A stretch of 64,000 bases of DNA, taken from Octopus bimaculoides. Its lineage: Eukaryota. Below the pieces are notes generated by a model. The model saw only the letters and a program-made list of their open reading frames with translations. It was not told the origin of the DNA and made no database searches. Location of the stretch: NCBI RefSeq assembly GCF_001194135.2, contig NC_068981.1, positions 11,755,163 to 11,819,162 on the forward strand. The letters are read 5' to 3'. Shown piece after piece: positions 52,230-64,000 of the stretch (position 1 is the stretch's first letter; every line of letters begins with the position of its first letter). The position numbers were made by a program, and so were the translations under genes.

Positions 52230-52700
52230 TTGCTACACTCTTATTATTGAGAGCCTCCGATATGTGGCATTTGGGGAATAAGGGAGTTTGATATCGCTAC
52301 CCTCATTTGCACCTCATTCCGTGAGGTAGGGTTATCTGGGACTCTCGCCAGAAAAGAATCCAGTTTCAATTTGAAAATACCTACATCCACTTTGTGTCGG
52401 TGCCTCAGGCTCTTTGGGAGAATATAAAAAACTTTGGACCCCTGAAACCCAGGCTGTTGCAGTAACTGGTCGTGAAGCACGGCGCCATTTTTGGGATCTT
52501 TGGCACTGTGCAGTGGTGACCCATTCTGACATCTGTGTAGTTTCAAATGCCAAAATTTGGCACACTCCCTTTCAGGGTCTTCCAGATGTGTATTACAGCA
52601 TGTCTCTCCCGCCTTCGTAGCAGGGAGTAAAGTCTTACCCGCTTCATCCTTTCGCATTAACTGAGTTGTTGCAATGAGACAATCGTCTTTGTGAAGCTTC
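52230..52700 (-). mobile_element. CR1-clade LINE 3' end
   Basis: GFQGSKVFYILPKSLRHRHKVDVGIFKLKLDSFLARVPDNPT is a CR1 C-terminus. Confidence 0.8.
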
Positions 52701-52869
52701 GCTGGATTGCTTTTAATTTTACACTGTTAATTTTACACCGTGGGAGACGATAGCTGGGATGGGTATTCCAGGCGGCTGAGCACGAATGTCCCTCAGGGGA
52801 CCATCATGGTTCCGTTCCCACTGGTTTTGAAGGTTCTATGGATCCAGCGAGCCAGCTAGCCATCTGCAC

Positions 52870-54040
52870 GTTATCGTCATCTTGGTACTGTGCACTTGGA
52901 ATGATGTATCATCTCGTATCAATATCCAGGTGACGCACTGATTTAGGTTCTCGGATTGTCATCCTCTGTAGGCCAGTGTTCCCTGTAAGTTTTATGTTCA
53001 GTTTTGGGCGCTTGTAGCGGAGGGCTTGGTTAGCCCGTCGATACCTTTGATTTTGCTTCCTTTCATGTCTAACACACCACACTTTCCCAGTCCGAACTCC
53101 ATTCTGATATCAGCACTGACGTTATACACGTATTAGCGAGGGAACTGACTTAGGATTAATTTTTAACATAAAGTTTGAGGTCATCCATGAAAAACAAATG
53201 GTTGAATTTTCGTTGACGGCTTTTGAGTCAGAATCTGTGTTAGTGGCATCAAGCACAATACAAAGATCAGTGGGGACAGGCACTCCCCTTGGAAGATGCC
53301 CTACCTGATTTCTACTGTCCCTAAACTTCTTCCATATGCTGTCAGATCCGTCCTCCAATTCACCATACTTTTTCCAAGCTTTCGCTCAGCAATCGATGCA
53401 ATACCAAATAGGTTCACACATTCCGTTATCTAAGAGTGTGGGATCATAGTGTACGCCTTGCGCTAGTCGATCCATGACATGGCTAAGTTAGTTTTCCTCC
53501 TCTTGCTGTCTATCAGCAGTTGATCGTTGGTACCTCTGCACTTACAATTGCAACCGTTCTGCTCATGTGGCAGGACTCAATTCTTTTCCCAATATTTGTT
53601 CATTGACTCTGCGAGTATTCCAGTCAATAATTTCCACATAAGTGGACAACAGGATATCAGACTGTAAATGTCTACCGTATTGCCTGTTATGATGTTTTTC
53701 AAGCACAGCACTGTCCTACCCAATGTCAACCACTCTGGTGTTACTTGGTCGGCATTTAACAAAGTGTTGATTTGCGCAGCTATTCGTGCATGCTATTCAC
53801 CAAATCTTTTGATCCAGTAGCCTTGAACTCCATCTTGTCCCGGGGTCTTCCAGTTGCTCATTTTTTTGCTCAATTCCTTCACTTCCCTAACTGAAATGAC
53901 TAGTTCTTTCTGTTTTGGACAGATGACTGTTTGTTTAAGTTCTTGCAGCCGTTCAGCATCCTTCTTGTACTCCTTGTCTTTGCTACAGATGTCACTCCAA
54001 AATCTTTGATTTACATTGTTATATGGTATCAACTTATCAG
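52870..54040 (-). mobile_element. R4/Dong-clade LINE RT fragment
   Basis: RFWSDI...KMSNWKTPGQDGVQGYWIKRF; PEWLTLGRTVL; NHLFFMDDLKL; bounded by (AAT)n/(ACT)n at 54043-54140. Confidence 0.85.
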
Positions 54041-56256
54041 TGTATTATTATTATTATTATTATTAGTACTACTACTACTAGTAGTAGTAGTAGTTGTAGT
54101 AGTAGTAGTAGTAGTAGTAGTTGTAGTAGTAGTAGTAGTAGGCATCACAGTTTTATTTGATTTTGTAATCAACTTTGCTGTAATACTGTATGGACCCTGT
54201 TACTTGAGAGCTACGTCATAGTCTAAACAAATGTACATTTTTACCGCTATAACATGTTGTAGCAGCAAATAAGTTTCTCGGTGGGAGGTGCACAAAAATT
54301 GTATATCTGTGAATCTAGCGTTCGCTGTGCTTAACATTAAAAAAAAAAATCTCTTGACGCTCACACTCTATCAACTGAGAAAATGTTATCTAAAATTGAC
54401 TGAGGCTAATACACATTAACATAACCACATTAACCACAAAGTGGTCGAGCCTGAAACATCTTGTATCATATATCTGATCTAAAATATATTATATTTGTCT
54501 TAAATTACAACAAAAAGAATACAATTTCAACTAAGGAAAAACTTTGTCGAACTGCAGTTAATGTAAAATGTGCTTACTCAAGAAATCGCTAGGTACAGAC
54601 GACAAATCATTTTGATGAAGCATTATTCATTTTATGATATATTAAATTAGAATTATACTTTCCCATATTTAAATTATTGATCATTTTTATAGATTACATA
54701 ATTGAATTTTCTTTTCCATCTATTAAATTCATATTTTTTCTATTGCGAGAGTAAACATTTTCTTACTGTTACAAGATGATTTTCTTGTCTTTAATATATT
54801 ATTTTGATGGCATAAGAAAATGAAAAGCACAAATTGTTAAATTTTAAATTGCATTTTCATGTATTCGGACGTATGTAAAAATATATTTTGTTACAATATG
54901 TGAACAAATATATTTTGAAGATTTTAAGAAATAGCTGACAACTTTTGCAACATGTTTCAAGCATCACATTTAATATATATCTTCAAATTATTAAAAAAAA
55001 AACAACTTCCACTGCATTAAATCTATATACAACGTCTTTAGTAAACATATCCATTCTATGATGAAATATCTCATGTAGCAGAGAATTTCCAACGCACGCA
55101 AGGCAATTATATTTTATTTTAAGATGATCACTGCTCGGTGTACACATTCAAAAGCTAATTTGTATTATCTAATTTTGAATGTAACATTAACAGTAATTAT
55201 CGTTGTGGTTTTAATTCGTATTAAGAGTATTATATCTGATTCTCAGTTAATAATTAAGTCGTGGCTCAGAGCCATATTCCTACACAAAGTGTTTCATTAA
55301 ACTTAAAATAAAATTCTGGAAAACTGAATTTGGTTTAAACTAAACTTATAAGATCATTTCAGAATACACTTATGGTAATAAAAATGAACAATCATCTAGT
55401 TCTCAGCTATTTTTGGCATTGATGAAATCCCATCGCGATCCATTGCAGTGTTTTAATATACAAGGTGCTCTACTTCATTCACCCTATCAAAGCACTTACT
55501 GCATTTTCCTATTTAATTCTTACTCTCTTCACAGCCTTTCCTTCTTTTTATTTGTTTTCCCTCTTTATCCTATTTCATTTCCACGAAAATAGCCTATGAC
55601 AGAAACCTAAAAATAGAATGATGTGCTAATTCCATCTTTTTTAGTTATGAGTTGCGAGACGCGGAGCAGCAAGTAACTAATGCGAACACTATGTATGCAT
55701 GTATGTGCGTATGTATGTGCGTATGTATGTATGTATGTATGTTTGTATGTATATATCTCTGTCTGTCTGTCTATCTATCTCTGTCTATCTATCTCTGTCT
55801 ATCTATCTCTGTCTATCTATCTNNNNNNNNNNNNNNNNNNNNNNNNNNNNNNNNNNNNNNNNNNNNNNNNNNNNNNNNNNNNNNTCTATCTATCTATCTA
55901 TCTATCTATCTACCTAGCTAGCTAGCTAGCTAGCCAATGCAAAATTAAAAAAAAAAAAAAAAAACATACGCAGTACGAAGACGACGTAAGAAAGTAAAAA
56001 AAGGAGTGCATTAACTTTATGCACGGAAATGGGAGAGAAGCAGAAGCAAATGTATGTTACGTTTGAGGCAAATGCTCTTTTGAAAGAATGCGCAACGAGA
56101 GAAAGAGGGATAAAAGAGGAGACTTGTGTCTTTCGAGCGCCCATGGCTTCGCTATAGGCATGTTTGCCAAGTAGTCCAACAGTGATTCAATCGCATAAAT
56201 GTGCGTATGGAAATTTATTAGGTGATGCGTGTGTTTGTGTGTCCTTTGATTTTGCT

Positions 56257-57142
56257 TACACGTGGTCTGATCAATAAATATCTAATAATGAAGGAAAGAC
56301 AAAGTAAAGCCGCTTGGCACATATTGACCCTCCACTCTGCTGTGCATGCGCACTAAGTTGCAAAGTTCTAGCTCAATTCCGCTGTTTTTACATCAGCGCT
56401 TCGAAGGAAGTTGTGTAGCGCGTGATCGTCGGATTGATCATGATAGAGAAGGTTGAGCAGAGAATCTGCATCAAATTCTACCAAAAGCTTAGCGATATCT
56501 GCTCAGAGGCCTACACAAAACTTTAAAAAAAGATTTCATCGTTCTCAACACAATCAAGAAGATCTTGTGCAATTGAAACCCGAGTGTAATTTTGGTCAGC
56601 TGGAATCAGTTTTGGCATAAACTTGGCAGACTCGCATCTCATAACCAAATCTTCAGTGATAAAGAACTGAACTGAACCGTAACTAATCTGCACATCTTCC
56701 GATAACTCACGGATGGTGACTTGATGATTTCCTTTCACAGCTGCATGCGCATCTCCGATGTTTTCTCCAGTCCTGCTGGTTGCGGGTCTCCTATAACGTT
56801 CGTCAATATCGACATTTTTCGGCCAATTTGGAAACGTCCGAACCACTCATACACTTGTGTGCTACTCATGCACCCCTCTCCATACACTTCCTGCAAATTT
56901 CCATAGACCTCTGTGCACGTATCGCCATGACAACTTTCTCTGTTATGGTCAATGCGACTATCACAGGCTACATACCTTCCTCGAAAGCATTACTGTAAAC
57001 AGCGGAAGTGAGCTAGAACGTTAAAATCGATTGCGCATGCACAACAGAGATTACGGTCAATATGTGCCAAGCGATTTTATTCCACGAGCTTTAGCCTTGT
57101 TACTATAGCAGCAGTCCGAATATCTATTTATCAGATATCGTA
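56257..57142. mobile_element. Mariner derivative made of two inward-facing 5' ends
   Basis: Plus arm: TA-CACGTGGTCTGATCAATAAATATC...MIEKVEQRICIKFYQKL. Minus arm: TACGATATCTGATAAATAGATATTCGGACTG...VYEWFGRF...RPATSRTGENI...TIRELSEDVQISYGSVQFFITEDL..R..SAKFMPKL. Both arms share CGCTTGGCACATATTGACC. Confidence 0.85.
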
Positions 57143-57461
57143 TGTGTATGCATGAGTTTATCTTGCATATATGCGTGCGTGATGGCCTGCGCATGTGTGC
57201 TTATAAAACAATTGTGCGCGTATGTGTGTGCATGTGTGTGTGTGTGTGTTGTTGTTTTTTTGTGTTTCTTTGTGGATATAAGTTTTCCAAAGAGAGAAAT
57301 AGAGAAGGAGAGAGAGAAGCAGTTGAAATAGGGATGACGAAGTAGAATGTGTTGGAAAACGTAACTGTATGATATATTGGTTACAATGAGTGTGAATATC
57401 ATGTGGGATGGTAACGCAAGTATGGTTGCTAACGTGCCTGAAGGAGGGAATACGCGTATGT

Positions 57462-57523
<62 letters not shown>

Positions 57524-57693
57524 GTGCATGTGTTTGTGAATATTGTTTAAACATGTTGGTTTGCGTTGCGTTAAATAAGAATACAGGGTTAAGGTAAAAG
57601 GCGTAATGTAGTGTTAGGGTGTATGAAGGAAGTGGATATGAAAGAAGATGCGATTTTAGTCCATAAGTATGTATGTTGCTCTCTCTCTCTATG

Positions 57694-57748
<55 letters not shown>

Positions 57749-57989
57749 CGGATTTGCATATATACGAATTTGTGCTGCCTGTGAGCTTGGGAATACGTTC
57801 GCAATGACGAAGAAATATATATAGCGTGTGAGGATCACCACTTAATTAAAAACATGATAATATTCTGTTTAGTTATTCTTTTTCATTTAATATATAATTC
57901 AAAAGAATTGAAAGTATTTACAATAAACGAAAAAATTAATTATTTTTTTTTCTACTAATGACTAATATATCATCAATGCTGCACTGACA

Positions 57990-58830
57990 AGCGTTGTCTG
58001 ACCAAAGACTTTTTCGTGAGGGAGAAGTTGAACGCTACAGTCAACGAAAGAACCACAAAACTAGGACTATATTAGACAAATGATATACGACATATAACCG
58101 TAAAAGGAATGTGCAGAGAGATGTAGCAGATAAGGTTTAAGTGATAAGATTTAAGTGGACTACTAGAGGTTCTTATCTGGGTGAAAAGCAAACATTGATT
58201 GATGTAGACTGATTCCACGGGATTGTTGGAATGGGGTGACAAAATACCTGTCCAGAAAAGAACCTGTCATTTAAATGAAAAGTCTCTTCAAATTATCTGT
58301 TCTAGTGATCTGTGACGTTTTACAAAGCCGATCAAATTTATTATGCATGATAAATTCGGGCTCATTAGCCTGGCCTTAGTGTCAGAAAAAGGAGATTGTA
58401 GAGATCATACTCAAAAGCTCTCCAAAACATCTGGGCGGGTGGGGAGAGACGCGCTTATGAATTAGTTAGTGTTAGCAGCTTTATCTCAATTAAAAACACC
58501 ATTGTTTTAATCGAAGCTGGCATGAACCTTACATCACGGCTAGAATTACATTTTCTACTCTGCCATACATGGCACACATCTGTGAACCCAAAACTGACAC
58601 AAGCAATTTATATCGCTATGGTCAGACATGCTGCTGATCTCGAGAGCAGTCACAGAAATGGACATACAAGTTTCCTAGACTTGAAAGGATGCCAGTGAGA
58701 TGATTATCCTGAAGAGGGAGAAATATCTTGAAATAATCCATGCTAAGCAATGTGCAATCCCATTAGAGTTGAATAGAAAGGTGTTGCAGCACATTTTCTA
58801 AGCAAAGCAAGCAGCATGCTGTGCATTAAA
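57990..58830 (+). mobile_element. Very degenerate LINE-like (RTE?) fragment
   Basis: GC-richer block with weak STLPYMAHICEP similarity to STLLYGxETW; ends in (TAAAGGAGCC)x3. Confidence 0.25.
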
Positions 58831-58856
58831 GGAGCCTAAAGGAGCCTAAAGGAGCC

Positions 58857-58955
58857 TGAAATGAAGTGCTTTCTCAAGAACACAACGCGTCGCCCGGCCC
58901 GTAGATCGAAGCCGTGATATTACGACAGTAAACGAAACTCCTTAACCAGCGGATA
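58857..58955 (-). mobile_element. SINE family C head fragment
   Basis: Reverse complement TGGTTAAGGAG...GCTTCGATC..GGGCCGGGCGACGCGTTGTGTTCTTGAGAAAGCACTT. Confidence 0.55.
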
Positions 58956-59529
58956 AAGTGGTTTCAACGAATGATTTTGTGATCGACACAATGAAAATAC
59001 AATGAAACGTGGCGAGGCAAGATTTATAAAAAGAGGGATGGTTTCTGTATTGACAATAATAGTAATAATAATAATCATTTTTTCTCTAAAAACTTAGTCA
59101 CAAGTATACATATTTAGTGGCTCCAATCCTTTTATCATTCAGATAGATATCGAACCAGAAGTAATGAAAGGTAAAATTGTGTCCGGTGGGATTAGAACAC
59201 AAAGCCTTTATTCGAGTAAGTAATTAGTCAAATGAAATTTTCTATAGTTTTGAAGATCTTTTTGCACATAGCTTTTATATGAAATCCATAATGAAAATAA
59301 TACATGGGTAATGATTTAGATTTCTCTTATGAATCATGGAAAAGCGTACCATTATTTTTTTTTATAGATATATTCCAATCTGAATTGAAAAAACAACAAC
59401 ACTCCTATCGATTTTACATAGGTGGGGATGTATATTTGCACATCGTTACATATATTTCTACAAAAATACTAGCTAATGCACAATTGTATCACAATCAAAC
59501 AATACCATTCATAAATATACAACCAATCA

Positions 59530-59532
59530 CAA

Positions 59533-59582
<50 letters not shown>

Positions 59583-59609
59583 TCGCACACACAAATGTGT
59601 GTATATAAG

Positions 59610-59669
<60 letters not shown>

Positions 59670-59777
59670 TGTATATATATATATTTATGCATATATATAT
59701 AAGTGTATATATATATATTCATGTGTATATATTTATATGTATATATATATGTGTATATATATATGTATATATATATG

Positions 59778-59810
<33 letters not shown>

Positions 59811-59820
59811 ATGTATGAAT
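59530..59820. repeat. (CA)n/(TA)n/(TG)n compound microsatellite
   Basis: Direct sequence. Confidence 0.95.
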
Positions 59821-60655
59821 AAGATGCTGAACAGCATTCAAATTATACACCCGATATCTGTATGTATAAATGTATGTATGTGTGTATCCTCATTGATTTC
59901 CATACACACAATAAATTTCAGGAGAACAGAAGTGATTTGTAGAAGCAACACCAACACCAGCATATGAATACGTAAAACTTTAGATATTGATCGATTCTTT
60001 CATCTTTATTCCTGTTTAATTATCATCAACCAGCTTGTCTCACAGTCGTTTTGATTACTTTTAATTGTATTCCCCGACAATTTTTTTAAATTAGTAATTT
60101 TTTCAGTTTATTTATTTCACTATCGACTGATCGATATTTGCCTTGTGTTAAACGATCGCTTCGTACAATGATATATCCTTTCCAATTTATATTTATGTAC
60201 ATTTAAAATTGAAAATAAAGTAAAAGAATGTCTTTAAGTCTTCAATCAATATTTTTGTAATAATTTTCTTTGCTAAAGAGTTTTTATTTCTATTTTCTTT
60301 CTATGTTATGAGTCTTCAGTTATTTGAGTAATAAATAGCTTTTAGATGGTTCGTATTTGTTTTAACTTGTGATTTCTATCGCAAATATAATTCTCACTTT
60401 ATCTATGCGCTATCTGTGGTGATATGATTTTTTTCAGTGTTTCTGTTCCAATTTTGCGGACAAACATCTGTAGAATATTTTTAATTTAGCTTTTAAATTT
60501 AATAACCTGATGCATTTGTTAAGAGACAAAAAAAAATAATTACTTTTTCTGTGTTATCTTAACTATACATTAAATTGCAACTCGTTAGGCTTTCTCTGCC
60601 CACCCTCGCTCTCACTCTCTCTTTCTCTGTCTCTCTCTATCTGTCTATTTACGTA

Positions 60656-60690
<35 letters not shown>

Positions 60691-61131
60691 NNNNNNNNNN
60701 NNNNNNNNNNNNNNNNNNNNNNNNNNNNNNNNNNNNNNNNNNNNNNNNNNNNNNNNNNNNNNNNNNNNNNNNNNNNNNNNNNNNNNNNNNNNNNNNNNNN
60801 NNNNNNNNNNNNNNNNNNNNNNNNNNNNNNNNNNNNNNNNNNNNNNNNNNNNNNNNNNNNNNNNNNNNNNNNNNNNNNNNNNNNNNNNNNNNNNNNNNNN
60901 NNNNNNNNNNNNNNNNNNNNNNNNNNNNNNNNNNNNNNNNNNNNNNNNNNNNNNNNNNNNNNNNNNNNNNNNNNNNNNNNNNNNNNNNNNNNNNNNNNNN
61001 NNNNNNNNNNNNNNNNNNNNNNNNNNNNNNNNNNNNNNNNNNNNNNNNNNNNNNNNNNNNNNNNNNNNNNNNNNNNNNNNNNNNNNNNNNNNNNNNNNNN
61101 NNNNNNNNNNNNNNNNNNNNNNNNNNNNNNN

Positions 61132-61175
<44 letters not shown>

Positions 61176-62034
61176 GCGGTGTGAGCTTGTTTACGTAATC
61201 CATTCGTGTATACATACATTGAGTAAAGGCGTATATTCTGTAAACAGAATGAGAAATATTAAGAACATCACAAGACGAACAACATTTCGAAAGTAACGTA
61301 TTAACTTATATATGAGTAAAAATATAATTCGTGTATCGTGTGCCTTAGTTCTACTGGGAGAAATGATGAGTAAGACACAAATAGGTCGTGGCTTGGTTTT
61401 TCTGTATGCACATTGAGCTACTTGTATTTCTCCATTTTCCTTATCATTTGGAAATAGGACAGAGATAGAAATCTATTGTCGTTGCTGTTTTCGTCGATAT
61501 TTTTTAGTTTGTGATTTATCTTCACGGCATCATGAAGGAAGGAGGTTTGGTTGAGATTTTCATCAACATACTTTCAGAAGGAAACACATGTGTATCGTGT
61601 GTCAAGCTCCCTTCGATAAAGTTGCTTTCTATATATAGGACAGCCAGAAGGTTTGACATCCTTATCGCTTTCTTAATCCCGAATTCTGTTTTCGTATGCA
61701 GCCCTGATACAGAACTCATGTTCGAAATACCATGAAGTTCAGTAGTTCGTGAGTGTGTGTGAAACAGTGAACATCGATAGAATAATAAGATATAATACAG
61801 TCGAATATTTGTTTAAGAAGGGAAACTTCGTGTAGGCTAAAACGTATATTGTCACATCCAGCACAACAGTTATCAACCATTGATCTCGGCAGATGGAAGA
61901 CTGTGGAATATACAATATGCAAAATGATTAAAAATAATTTATACTTAGACTAATGAGCCTCATTTAAATTGAGACAGTACCATTTGTCTCTAACTGCATT
62001 TCAAACATAGTTCTATTTCCCCTTATGTTACATC

Positions 62035-62440
62035 CCGTGACAGCGCAATGGCCCAGTGGTTAGGGCAGCGGACTCGCGGTCATAGGATCATGGTTTCGAT
62101 TCCCAGACAGAGCGTTGTCAGTGTTTATTGAGCGCAAAAACCTAAAAGTTCCACGAGGCTCCGGCAGGGGATGGTGGTGAACCCTGCTGTACTCTTTTAC
62201 CACATCTTTCTCTCACTCTTACTTCCTGTTTCTGTTGTGCCTGTAATTCAAAGCGTCAGCCTTGTCACGCTGTGTCTCGCTGAATATCCCCGTGAAGTAC
62301 GTTAAGGGTACACGTGTCTGTGAAGTGCTCAGCCACTTGCACGTTAATTTCACGAGGAGGCTGTTCCACTGATCAGATCAACTGGAACCCTCGACGTCGC
62401 AAGCGACAGAGTGCCAACAACAACAACAACAACAACAATG
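62035..62440 (+). mobile_element. tRNA-derived SINE, family D, full length with (CAA)n tail
   Basis: GCGCAATGGCCCAGTGGTTAGGGCAGCGGACTCGCGGTCATAGGATCATGGTTTCGATTCCC...GAGTGCCAACAACAACAAC. Confidence 0.9.
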
Positions 62441-62599
62441 TTACATCCCCAAATTCCTGATGCTTGAGATTATCTCCCCTGAACATTAACAGTTAGTCAC
62501 AGCTACAATGAGCCATTTGTTTACTATTCTCATAGCAGAAAGATAATTTCAACAAAGTGAGCATTTATCTTCTGTAATTTTTAACTGTCTCTCTCTTTT

Positions 62600-63010
62600 C
62601 TCTTTTTTACTTGTTTCAGTCATTTGACTGTGGCCATGCTGGAACACCACCTTTAGTCGAGAAAATCGACCCCAGGACTTATTCTTTGTAAGCCTAGTAT
62701 TTATTCTATCGGTCTGTTTTACCGAACCGCTAGGTTACGGGGACGTAAACACACCAGTATCGGTTGTCAAGCGATGTTGGAGGCGACAAACACAGACACA
62801 CAAACACACACACACACACAAACAAACACACATACATACACATATATACGACGGGTTTCTTTCAGTTTCCGTGTACAACATCCACTCCCAAGGCTTCGGT
62901 CTGCCTGAGGCTATAGTAGAAGACACTTGCCCAAGATGCCACGTAGTGGGGTTGAACCCGGTACCATGTGGTTGGTAAGCAAGTTACTTACCACACGGCC
63001 ACTCCTGCGC
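62600..63010 (-). mobile_element. SINE family B, full length
   Basis: TTTTACTTGTTTCAGTCATTTGACTG...TTACCACACGGCCACTCCTGCGC. Confidence 0.9.
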
Positions 63011-64000
63011 GTTCAACTTTATTCAACTTTATCGTCGACATTCATGCCGCAGTTTACTCTGGTCTTAGATTGTTTTCGTAAAATTATTTTAATTACTCTA
63101 GGCTATATAACTTTTACGCTTGTTGTATGCTGAAATCATACGATTGTTAGTTTGTAGCAAGAATAATCGCTGTACTGATGATGCTTACAGAGATGGAAAC
63201 TCCTTTCAAAGATGTTCTCGTCTTCAGAAGTTACGCCTGAAACCTCCTTAAAGTTACGTCAATCCTGGCAGTTTGGTACACCCTATGAAAATCCCTCGTA
63301 TTTATTTGTAATTTTGTTGCAGCTACCACTAGGTATTATTTGTTTTTAGGGACACAAACAATATTTTGTACCGTATTTAAAACACCTACGCTCACGCTTA
63401 TCATATTTAAGTACACGTATACGTAAGCATAGACAGACAGACATATACACATACACACAAACACACTCACACACACTTATATATAGATATACACACACAC
63501 GCGCACACACAAAGGCACACCCACACATATACATACATACATATATATGTATAAATATTAATAGATACACATAAATACATACACCTAGCATATATTTATA
63601 GACATAAGTGTGCGTATGTGCAAGATATATTCCAACACATCCATATACGCATATATTATAACATATTAGGTCTATGAAAACAAATACAACCAATTATTTT
63701 ATAGAGATATAGAAACATAAGTGTGATAAAAAGACTGTGTGAGATAAGCGTCTATGAATAAACATTATCGGATATAAAATATATAATTCTAGAGTGAATG
63801 TGTTTAAACTAAGCTTATAAATGTTAATTTGTTGTTGTCAGAAAATTTGCTGCTACATAATTTACAATGATTCATCGAAAAATATTTCTCTTATTTCAGA
63901 AAAGAAACTATATTGCGTAGTATAAATATGTCAATATTTACGTATATTCTATAACCCGCCCTGACGCGCGCTCGTACGACACACACCTACGTACGTGCGC

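Noticed and set aside
62035-62105. tRNA-like sequences (also 26871, 27675, 47975-48045)
   Set aside because: These are SINE heads: A/B boxes continue into SINE body and tail, with no complete cloverleaf

Overview
AT-rich eukaryotic DNA, dense in microsatellites, with about 16 N-gaps that mostly abut simple repeats. The SINE families, R4/Dong, RTE, CR1 and Penelope elements are those I recognise from octopus genomes (inference). No intact host CDS is identifiable and most of the window is transposon debris. The main finding is a long, heavily degraded minus-strand reading frame at about 22150-36660 (core 30700-36660) that looks like an endogenous bunyavirus-class (nairo/arenavirus-like) L polymerase gene. 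Remnants of RdRp motifs F, A, B, C and D/E lie in the correct order, with a possible N-terminal endonuclease about 1000 codons upstream. The frame is cut by later SINE, RTE, Penelope and microsatellite insertions and lies just downstream of a same-strand, 3'-truncated CR1 LINE. Other structural oddities: a SINE with a template-switch hairpin, a mariner built from two 5' ends, a microsatellite-cored foldback, (AAT)n-associated R4/Dong LINEs, a Helitron RepHel fragment and a DD37D maT transposase remnant. All protein calls come from manual translation and remembered motif consensus; no database search was run and boundaries are approximate.
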